From: Bacteroidota bacterium
GTDB taxonomy: Bacteria; Bacteroidota; Ignavibacteria; UBA10030; UBA8401
DNA length: 23,144 bases
Reading direction: 5' to 3'
Assembly: GCA_049317705.1 (NCBI GenBank)
Contig: JBMOHT010000049.1
Span: 1-23,144 of the forward strand
Shown in pieces: positions 15,327-21,810 of this stretch; the stretch's first letter is position 1, and each line of letters opens with the position of its first letter. Under the pieces are notes generated by a model. The model saw nothing but the letters and a program-made list of their open reading frames with translations. It did not search any database and was not told where the DNA came from. The position numbers were made by a program, and so were the translations under genes.

Positions 15327-16187
15327 TCATTCCAATACGGCAGGTTCCATCTGCCGGCAGGTGATCCGTACATTCTCAAGGTCAATGTCCTGTTCCGCGA
15401 ATGATTCCAACGTTCCGCACAGAAACAGCATATCGCGGTCCTCTGCGATCCGTTCCAGCGCGTTGATATCACTCCGCATTGTTCCACTATTCAGTGAATG
15501 TTTCATGATGCAGAGCATCATATTCGAACTGCTTCTGGCGATCCATTGTTCAACTGCGGGCCACGAAGGCACCAGTCCGAGATTCACCACCAGATACCCG
15601 GAGGTATCGAACTTCGATTCAAGAATTCTGAGCTGATGTTCAAGGGTTTGTTCGAACGTGAAGATAACGACAACGGAATTCTTCGAACTTTGCCGGTCCA
15701 TACGGTCACAAAAAGAAGTGAACGCGTTGCTGATGGAATTCTTTGCAATTCTTCCTTGCGATGTGTCGATCGTGCCGAATCCCTCCATCCGATCCAATTT
15801 CTTCAGTACAGGTACGACTACTTCCATAAGGATATCCTTTTGAAGCAGATCCCCGTTGTAGAGAAGGATAAGGAGGTCCAAGATCTCCGGCTTGTTGCCG
15901 CGCAGCGCCGAAGCGAACAAGACCGAGCGGAATGTATTGAGTTCATTCCTTCGTACCATGTCCCGGATGACCGCAGAATCGCCGTTTGATATATGTTCAT
16001 TTCCCTTCGGTCCTGAACGGTGGCTCTGCTTCGCAGCAAATTCCACTATGTGGGAGTAGGAAAATTTGCGGTGATGCCCGACCGTGCAGATACAACTGAT
16101 CTTTCCGCTGTCGGACCAGCGTTTGACGGTGGACTTGCTCACATTCAGCATCTTTGCGACCTCTTCGGTCGTCATATTCTTCTGCAT
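15327..16187 (-). CDS. Excisionase/MerR-type HTH regulator fused to a B12-binding-like module (helical bundle plus Rossmann-like domain) with a degenerate cobalamin motif
   Basis: 286 aa. The N-terminus MTTEEVAKMLNVSKSTVKRWSDSGKISCICTVGHHRKFSYSHIVEF fits the HTH_17/excisionase pattern. The middle segment LMEVVVPVLKKLDRMEGFGTIDTSQGRIAKN resembles the B12-binding_2 bundle. The C-terminal segment VVVIFTFEQTLEHQLRILESKFDTSGYLVVNLGLVP resembles the B12-binding Rossmann start, but the DxHxxG motif is not intact. Confidence 0.55.
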   Translation of the reverse strand: MQKNMTTEEVAKMLNVSKSTVKRWSDSGKISCICTVGHHRKFSYSHIVEFAAKQSHRSGPKGNEHISNGDSAVIRDMVRRNELNTFRSVLFASALRGNKPEILDLLILLYNGDLLQKDILMEVVVPVLKKLDRMEGFGTIDTSQGRIAKNSISNAFTSFCDRMDRQSSKNSVVVIFTFEQTLEHQLRILESKFDTSGYLVVNLGLVPSWPAVEQWIARSSSNMMLCIMKHSLNSGTMRSDINALERIAEDRDMLFLCGTLESFAEQDIDLENVRITCRQMEPAVLE

Positions 16188-16234
16188 AATTATTTCATTC
16201 TTTCGTGGCCGAGTGAGGCGATCAGTTTCTGTGA

Positions 16235-18022
16235 TTAGTCATTCAGTTCCGACACTGCTGCCGATCTTCCTGCCGGGTCAGCGGCTCCCCCCTCAAGAAC
16301 TGCACGACCGCCATTCCGAAGATCCTCGCGGATATGACGAGTAAACTTGCGGCGGACCGATTGTTCTTCCGTTGCAGATACCTGGGGAAGTGAGTTGATG
16401 GTATCCTGAAGGAGGCTTCGTGATCGTGTCGGCACAGCATCAAGGAATTTCATGCGGATATTCTCCGGAGCATTCTTGAGTGCAACGGCAACCTCTTCGG
16501 CCGAATGCACACGAATGATCTTACGGATGATACTGTCATCAACAGTGCCAAGATCTTCAAAAGAGACACGATGGGAGGAAAGATGACGGTATAGATCCAG
16601 ATCAAGGGTCTTGATTGTATTGCTGATGGCTGCCTCTGCATCCTCATCGATATTATCGAGGATGTCCATCAGAAGGTCTGTTCCCTGCACCTGAACATTT
16701 TGAATGGTGGGGATATTCGACGCTTTTTCCGCAAGGGTCCGGGCAACAGCAACGAACGTATCGATCGACAGCCGGTGAAGCGCGGACAATTGCATTGCGA
16801 CGTCTGCACGGGACCTCTCCGGAAGGCTCCGCAGGATCTCTGCTGAAAGGGCCGGGTCCAACTGCGAAAGCACCATAGCGGTGATCCCGGGTGATTCATC
16901 CTTTACCAACAGAAAGAGCTGCTGCTTCGACAATTTTTTCAGATACGCAAACGGGGATTGTTCCTCTTCCGCCGTAATGGCATACTGTCTGATCTGTATC
17001 TGGTTACTGAAATATGTGAATGCTTCGTCAATCACATCCTGTGAACTGAGCGAATGATCGCTGCTCATCTTTGACAGCTGAGAGTATTCGTTCTTCGAGA
17101 CATGCTCCCGTATCACCGAGAGAAGACCGAGTCCTAATTGCGAAAGGACCGGCTGCAGTCTCTGTCGATCTTCAGGGACCGCAAGCATCTGTCTGACTGC
17201 CCCGGCGGCCGCTTCCGGCCTTCCGACCGCTGCTGAGATGATGGAATGTTTGAGACGTTCATCATCCTTAACGGAACTGACCGGACGCACAGATTCAGGA
17301 AGGATATTCACAACTTTATTCTCCAGTTCTTTCACCGATGTTCTGGACCGTTCATCGGACTGCAACTGAACACGTTCGATCTCCTGCCGGAACATCTGGA
17401 GGTTCGATTTATTCTTCCTCATCAGCACAACGGCAGCGATCACAAGCATCATTACAATTGCGGAGAGGATCCCTTCGAACGGCGTCATTGCGCCGGTGAC
17501 TGCAGTCTGAACGACCGGTCTTATGACCGGCAGAGCAGTGTCCACTAACGGTTTTGCAATGACAACCGGAATCCCTTCTATTTCCGGGAACGCCATTTCG
17601 GTGATCCTCACTCTGTCGCCCCGGGAAGGATTGAGTTTACCGCTGACGATGGCAATATTGTCCAGTAATTGAATGAGTTCCCTTTTTTGCAAGGTCATTC
17701 TCTTGTCCACCAACAGTGCAACGGAAAGACGCTCGACCGAGATGACCTTCGATCCTGCGTTCTTTTCCGATTCGAAACCTTTCACGCCGGGAAGGGCAAA
17801 GTCCTTGGCATCCTTATAATCCACAGCGGTCTCTTCCTCGATCAGCATCGCGTCGCACGAGATGAGGAATTTCAGGTCGGGGTAATACCTTCTGATCTCA
17901 TTGCCGATCCTGCTTTCCACTTCGGACTCGATCAATTGTTTCTGTCTATTCACTTCGGCAGCACCTGCCATCAAGACGTTCAACACCAGCATCACAACAA
18001 TGATGAATTTAACAGTTCTCAT
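16235..18022 (-). CDS. Membrane-anchored FliF-like / FliG-like chimeric protein (TM, small periplasmic FliF-C-like module, TM, cytoplasmic FliG middle and C-terminal domains)
   Basis: 595 aa. The N-terminal hydrophobic helix spans aa 5-20. Aa 97-145, ERLSVALLVDKRMTLQKRELIQLLDNIAIVSGKLNPSRGDRVRITEMAF, resembles the end of the FliF periplasmic region (RLSVAVlVd ... avGfd..RGD.v.V..m.F). TM2 spans aa ~183-201. Aa ~355-575 follow the FliG M/C pattern: DESPGITAMVLSQLDPALSAEILRSLPERSRADVAMQLSAL and VSFEDLGTVDDSIIRKIIRVHSAEEVAVALKNAPENIRMKFLDAVPTRSRSLLQDTINSLPQVSATEEQSVRRKF. Confidence 0.7.
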   Translation of the reverse strand: MRTVKFIIVVMLVLNVLMAGAAEVNRQKQLIESEVESRIGNEIRRYYPDLKFLISCDAMLIEEETAVDYKDAKDFALPGVKGFESEKNAGSKVISVERLSVALLVDKRMTLQKRELIQLLDNIAIVSGKLNPSRGDRVRITEMAFPEIEGIPVVIAKPLVDTALPVIRPVVQTAVTGAMTPFEGILSAIVMMLVIAAVVLMRKNKSNLQMFRQEIERVQLQSDERSRTSVKELENKVVNILPESVRPVSSVKDDERLKHSIISAAVGRPEAAAGAVRQMLAVPEDRQRLQPVLSQLGLGLLSVIREHVSKNEYSQLSKMSSDHSLSSQDVIDEAFTYFSNQIQIRQYAITAEEEQSPFAYLKKLSKQQLFLLVKDESPGITAMVLSQLDPALSAEILRSLPERSRADVAMQLSALHRLSIDTFVAVARTLAEKASNIPTIQNVQVQGTDLLMDILDNIDEDAEAAISNTIKTLDLDLYRHLSSHRVSFEDLGTVDDSIIRKIIRVHSAEEVAVALKNAPENIRMKFLDAVPTRSRSLLQDTINSLPQVSATEEQSVRRKFTRHIREDLRNGGRAVLEGGAADPAGRSAAVSELND

Positions 18023-18088
18023 ATGATTGCCATTATTTTGAATGAACTCTTTTCGTTTACGTACCGTAGAAAATCGCCGCCCGGAACA

Positions 18089-18775
18089 TCATGTTCCTGA
18101 ACTGCTGTAGTAATAGATGCGAATGACCACCCGACGATTATGAGCCCGTGCATTCTCCGTGTATGTTCGGGTAACAGAATCGGTCGCGGTCTGTGCAGGA
18201 CGTGTATCGGCAAATCCGACCGCCGACAATCTCTTCCTCTCAATGCCTGACGAATCCTGCAGGAACTTCAGCACCTGAAGCGACCGTGCAGCGGAAAGTT
18301 CCCAGTTGGTCTGGAATTCCTTACCGTTGATGAGCGGCTGATCGTCCGTATGCCCTTCGATCGACAGAAATGCATTGCGCGATTCGATGAATTTTTTCAG
18401 ATGCGGCGCGAGAACGATCATCGCATTGTATCCATCCTTCACAAGCGTCGCTTTCCCGATGGGGAACAAAAGATTGGACAGGAACCGCACTTCAACCCCG
18501 TCCCCCGTCATCACCACTGTCACTGCTTTGCGGAGGACCGTATCGGCACTTACCGTTTCGTTCAACTGATGAGCGATGGTTGAAAGATTCTCCTGACGGA
18601 TCTTTCCTGTGCCGGCGTCCGCCGCAAAGACATCCAATTTTGACTGATCCGGTTTGGAGATCGCCAACAGCAGTGTAAATGCGGCGATCATGGCCGTGAG
18701 AAGGTCGATATAACTTACCTTCCAATGCCCTGCATCTTCACGACTCCGTGAAGGACGTTCCCAAAGATAATTCAT
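18089..18775 (-). CDS. motB: MotB-family stator protein (single TM with the conserved Asp, plus an OmpA-like peptidoglycan-binding domain)
   Basis: 228 aa. HWKVSYIDLLTAMIAAFTLLL parallels E. coli MotB SWKIAYADFMTAMMAFF, where Asp32 is the proton-binding residue. The OmpA_C motifs are IEGHTDDQP, NWELSAARS, AVGFADTRP and NRRVVIRI. The ATG overlaps the motA stop (18772-18775). Confidence 0.85.
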   Translation of the reverse strand: MNYLWERPSRSREDAGHWKVSYIDLLTAMIAAFTLLLAISKPDQSKLDVFAADAGTGKIRQENLSTIAHQLNETVSADTVLRKAVTVVMTGDGVEVRFLSNLLFPIGKATLVKDGYNAMIVLAPHLKKFIESRNAFLSIEGHTDDQPLINGKEFQTNWELSAARSLQVLKFLQDSSGIERKRLSAVGFADTRPAQTATDSVTRTYTENARAHNRRVVIRIYYYSSSGT

Positions 18776-19623
18776 TGACGCTGCCGAGGGTCACCAGGGA
18801 CTTTCATCTTCATGGTGGTCATCGTCCGATGTGAAGGGACATAGTTCCGGAGTTTTTCCACGACATACTGGGTCCGCTTCTTCTCGTGGATCATGACAAG
18901 TCCGTCGGTGATCATCCCCTTCAGGATGAGATTCTCTGTGTTGATGGTATTGATCTTCTCAGCAATGGGCTGGAAGATGAAATTCGAGTACAGGAGTCCA
19001 TAGAGCGTGGTGGTAAATGCAATGGACATGGAATTGATGATTCCGTTGAAACCTGAAGCGGCATCGATCTTCTGTGAGAACATCTGGATGAGACCGACGG
19101 TCGTTCCCAGCATCCCGTATCCGGGCGAGAAATTCGCGGCGGTCCTCCACAGATCGTCATCGATCTGTTCGCGGTGCATCTCCGTTCTCATGCGCAGTTC
19201 GAGCATTTCCTTCACATCCTCGATCTTATACCCATTCACGAGCATCAGAAGTCCGTCCCGCAGGAACGGGAATGATATCCCGTTCGCATATTCCTCCAGC
19301 GTTTCAATATCGCCGGACTGTGTATATTCCGAAACCGTCTGAAAAACATTGATAAAATATGGATAATCGATCTTGTTACGGATGAATACCTGGTAGAGAG
19401 CCGCATGAGAGCGCGAGAATTCACGGAAGTTGTGGCTGATCAATATGGAAGCAAGAACGCCCAATGACACAAAGATGAATCCCGGAACGTGGATATACCG
19501 GCCTACCGTATCCGAGAAATACATTTCCTGGAATGATTTTACAGCACGTTCATCTGCACCGAAGACGAGCAGTACATATGCCGCGACCACGAACATGATG
19601 TAACCAAGAAATGTTGAATTCAT
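18772..19623 (-). CDS. motA: MotA-family stator protein (MotA/TolQ/ExbB proton-channel family, four-TM MotA architecture)
   Basis: 283 aa. Two N-terminal TM helices are followed by a ~90-aa charged cytoplasmic loop. TM3 and TM4 carry SPGYGMLGTTVGLIQMF and AFTTTLYGLLYSNFIFQPIAEKI, with Pro residues at positions equivalent to MotA P173 and P222. A cytoplasmic tail follows. Confidence 0.85.
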   Translation of the reverse strand: MNSTFLGYIMFVVAAYVLLVFGADERAVKSFQEMYFSDTVGRYIHVPGFIFVSLGVLASILISHNFREFSRSHAALYQVFIRNKIDYPYFINVFQTVSEYTQSGDIETLEEYANGISFPFLRDGLLMLVNGYKIEDVKEMLELRMRTEMHREQIDDDLWRTAANFSPGYGMLGTTVGLIQMFSQKIDAASGFNGIINSMSIAFTTTLYGLLYSNFIFQPIAEKINTINTENLILKGMITDGLVMIHEKKRTQYVVEKLRNYVPSHRTMTTMKMKVPGDPRQRQ

Positions 19624-19637
19624 ACTTCGTCCTTCAT

Positions 19638-20345
19638 TCAGTACATTCTCATCAGCAACGCGCGAATATTATCGAGCGTCGGATCGAGTTCAAGGGCCTT
19701 TTCCCAGGAGAGTTTCGCTTCGGCAGTCTTGTGGAGAAGAAACAGGATGGATCCTCGTACGGAATGGAACAACGAGATATTCGGTGCGATGGCGATACTT
19801 TGATCGATCTCCTGCAACGCTTCGGTATATCGTTTCACCGAAAAATACTTCTGCGCGGTATTCATGTGGACCATTGCCTTGTTGTATTTGGCGTCATCGG
19901 CGGTATATTGATTCACTGTTTGAGCACCTGCTGCTGCAGACGTATCACGGCGTTCGCGGGACTTTGCGTTCAGTGTTCGCGTTGCGATCCCAGTCACTTC
20001 TTGTTCCATCATAACATCCTTTTCTGGATCGGGTTTGAAAACCGGTCCGAATTTTCCCGAGTACGTCAGATCGAAATCGATATTCCGGTCGTTCAGGTCC
20101 AACAGAAGATCGATCGTAATCACCGGTGAACGGAGTTTCACTTCGGTCAGCGGTGACGGTGATTCCATTGTGTCCCGTAGGGACGGGACCGATCTCCCCT
20201 CTTTATCGTTTGCGATTGTATCAGGAGGACAAACAGAATCATACGTCCCCAGGGATCCCTCCCACCGGGTTCCCGAATAGAGCGGGGTGATTCCGGTGAC
20301 CAGGAAGAACAACACGAATAGATGATATCGGAATAGTATGATCAT
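19638..20345 (-). CDS. Secreted or membrane-anchored protein with C-terminal TPR repeats
   Basis: 235 aa. The N-terminal hydrophobic segment is HLFVLFFLVTGITPLYSG. The C-terminal ~90 aa, AKYNKAMVHMNTAQKYFSVKRYTEALQEIDQSIAIAPN...AEAKLSWEKALELDP, fits about two TPR units. The ATG overlaps the upstream stop (20342-20345). Confidence 0.6.
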   Translation of the reverse strand: MIILFRYHLFVLFFLVTGITPLYSGTRWEGSLGTYDSVCPPDTIANDKEGRSVPSLRDTMESPSPLTEVKLRSPVITIDLLLDLNDRNIDFDLTYSGKFGPVFKPDPEKDVMMEQEVTGIATRTLNAKSRERRDTSAAAGAQTVNQYTADDAKYNKAMVHMNTAQKYFSVKRYTEALQEIDQSIAIAPNISLFHSVRGSILFLLHKTAEAKLSWEKALELDPTLDNIRALLMRMY

Positions 20346-21532
20346 AGATAAAAGAACAGATGACCGCCGAACATCGCACCTGCGGGGTATGATTTCCCCA
20401 TTCTGATTCCGTCTTCGATCCAGAATGAATCCAATCCAAGCCCGACGATCCTGCTCAGCCGGATATTCATGCCGCCATGGTACACCGGATAGAACTGAAG
20501 CATATCAAACTGGAAATAGTATCCGGCGGCGATGTTGACCGTGATGAGTCTGCTGCCGATCTTTTCAGATTGGAGCAGTTCAAAACCAACGCCGGGTGTA
20601 CAAACAATGCCGGGGGAAGAACATCTGGGATTATATAACAGCCGTGCATCGACAAAGACATTCATCGGATCGATGATCGTGGCGACGTCGTTGAATCGAT
20701 ATCCTGTTGCTACGAACGAGTAGTGTTTGTCCGAGACATCGATGCCGCCGCTGCGGATCTTTCCTGAAAGGAACGAGAAGGTGACACCGTTCATGTCGTA
20801 TCCCGTTTTTTTCTTCAGGGAGAACAGCTCTTCCATCTTGTCCTGTTCCGTGGGCACGTATACATCGAACACGGAACGGACATATTCACGGTTCCAGATC
20901 ATGACATTGTTCAGATCATTGAGGATCAAAAATACCATGACTTGCTGTTCGGTGATAAGGATCTCGGGCGAAAGGACAGCCTGGATGTTGCGGCGTACCG
21001 CGTATTGCCGCAACTGTTCTTCCGAATAGACATTCTTCACCTGAAGTGTTGAATCATCCGCTTTAATATAGAGAGGATGAAGGTCATGACCGGAGAAGAC
21101 CGTCACCCGTTTCGACCGGGCAAGGCTTCCTTTCAGTTTGTTCTCGAAGAACGAGAGCAGGAACTGCTGATCGCTGACACTCAGATCGGTCTTCAGCAGC
21201 CATTTCAATCGCATCTTATAGATGACGAGACTGGAAATCCCCATCGGCAATTCCGCTGAGGATTCAATGATCTGCGAACTGATGGAGTCTATCACGTTCA
21301 TGTACCGTTCAAGCATCTTCTGTGAATAGATCTTCTCAACTGCAGCGGGAGCGGGATCACGAGGTTTATCGCCGGCTGCGGCGCTCAAAGGAACGGTCCA
21401 CAGAATCAATACAAGCATAACAATGGAATCAAGAATTTTCAGCAGTGGTCGCAATCGGACAGCTCTCTTTCGGTTGTTCAGTGCATTATTATCAAAGACA
21501 GCATCAATGAACGTGCCACAGAAACAGATCAC
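20342..21532 (-). CDS. Secreted envelope protein of unknown function (signal peptide, periplasmic alpha/beta-like module, beta-rich C-terminal half); the start codon is uncertain
   Basis: The 396-aa ORF is called from a GTG. The signal-peptide-like segment is RKRAVRLRPLLKILDSIVMLVLILWTVPLSAAA-GD. The C-terminal ~150 aa show alternating hydrophobic and Gly/aromatic patterns and end in GGHLFFYL. I recognise no catalytic motif. Alternative starts are a TTG at 21454 or an ATG at 21418. Confidence 0.4.
   Translation of the reverse strand: MICFCGTFIDAVFDNNALNNRKRAVRLRPLLKILDSIVMLVLILWTVPLSAAAGDKPRDPAPAAVEKIYSQKMLERYMNVIDSISSQIIESSAELPMGISSLVIYKMRLKWLLKTDLSVSDQQFLLSFFENKLKGSLARSKRVTVFSGHDLHPLYIKADDSTLQVKNVYSEEQLRQYAVRRNIQAVLSPEILITEQQVMVFLILNDLNNVMIWNREYVRSVFDVYVPTEQDKMEELFSLKKKTGYDMNGVTFSFLSGKIRSGGIDVSDKHYSFVATGYRFNDVATIIDPMNVFVDARLLYNPRCSSPGIVCTPGVGFELLQSEKIGSRLITVNIAAGYYFQFDMLQFYPVYHGGMNIRLSRIVGLGLDSFWIEDGIRMGKSYPAGAMFGGHLFFYL
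21504..21518 (-). promoter_or_regulatory. Candidate sigma-54 (-24/-12) promoter for the envelope-protein / TPR / motAB / fliFG-like operon
   Basis: The minus strand reads TGGCACG-TTCA-TTGA, against TGGCACG-N4-TTGC. It lies inside the first 10 codons of the ORF as called from the GTG at 21532, and upstream of the alternative starts at 21454 and 21418. Confidence 0.35.
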
Positions 21533-21650
21533 ATTTTCCCAGCAATATCCCCAGGACTTTTTGATCTGTTTTCTTCGCGGAATGATTGCGTCAACGATTG
21601 TTCACTTTTTGGGATACTATTATTGACAAGAATATCAGAGAGGAGGGATC

Positions 21651-21684
21651 GAAAAAAAACCACCTCGCTGATGAGACGAGGTGG
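21651..21684 (-). terminator. Rho-independent terminator downstream of the pilin-like gene
   Basis: The minus strand reads CCACCTCG-tctcatcag-CGAGGTGG, an 8-bp GC-rich stem with a 9-nt loop, followed directly by TTTTTTTT (21659..21652). It sits 127 nt after the stop at 21811. Confidence 0.75.
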
Positions 21685-21810
21685 CAGGGGTGTAACATAA
21701 TAAAAAAATGATCCCGTTATTTTTGACCGGGGCGGTCAAAGAAGCGCGACACGGTTTCCTTGTCGATGAAGCATACTCTCAATTACTGCCCACGAAAATT
21801 ACCGGATTCA

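Noticed and set aside
15206-15487. A 93-aa minus-strand ORF spanning the 15128-15326 intergenic gap and the 3' end of the HTH/B12-like gene.
   Set aside because: It overlaps the better-supported 15327-16187 CDS out of frame. Its sequence is Cys/Arg/Trp-rich with no motifs. The gap is better explained as a promoter/leader region.
18083-18097. GGAACATCATGTTCC read as a sigma-54 promoter or an intrinsic terminator between motB and the fliFG-like gene.
   Set aside because: With GG aligned to -24, the -12 position reads GTTC rather than TTGC at the required spacing. As a hairpin the loop would be 1-5 nt with only a 5-7-bp stem, and no T-run follows. It is kept only as a possible protein-binding palindrome.
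18089-19623. The MotA/MotB pair read as a Zorya (ZorAB) anti-phage system, or as ExbBD/TolQR.
   Set aside because: The MotA-like protein is 283 aa with no long coiled-coil tail of the ZorA type, and no ZorC/D-like or nuclease/helicase genes are nearby. The MotB-like protein has a full OmpA-type peptidoglycan-binding domain, unlike ExbD/TolR. No TonB, TolA or Pal genes are adjacent.
16235-21532. The locus read as an ordinary piece of a flagellar gene cluster.
   Set aside because: No FliM/N, export apparatus, rod, hook, filament or FlgM/FliA genes occur within 23 kb. The FliG-like domain is fused to its own membrane anchor and has a degenerate EHPQR motif. The regions beyond the window cannot be excluded.
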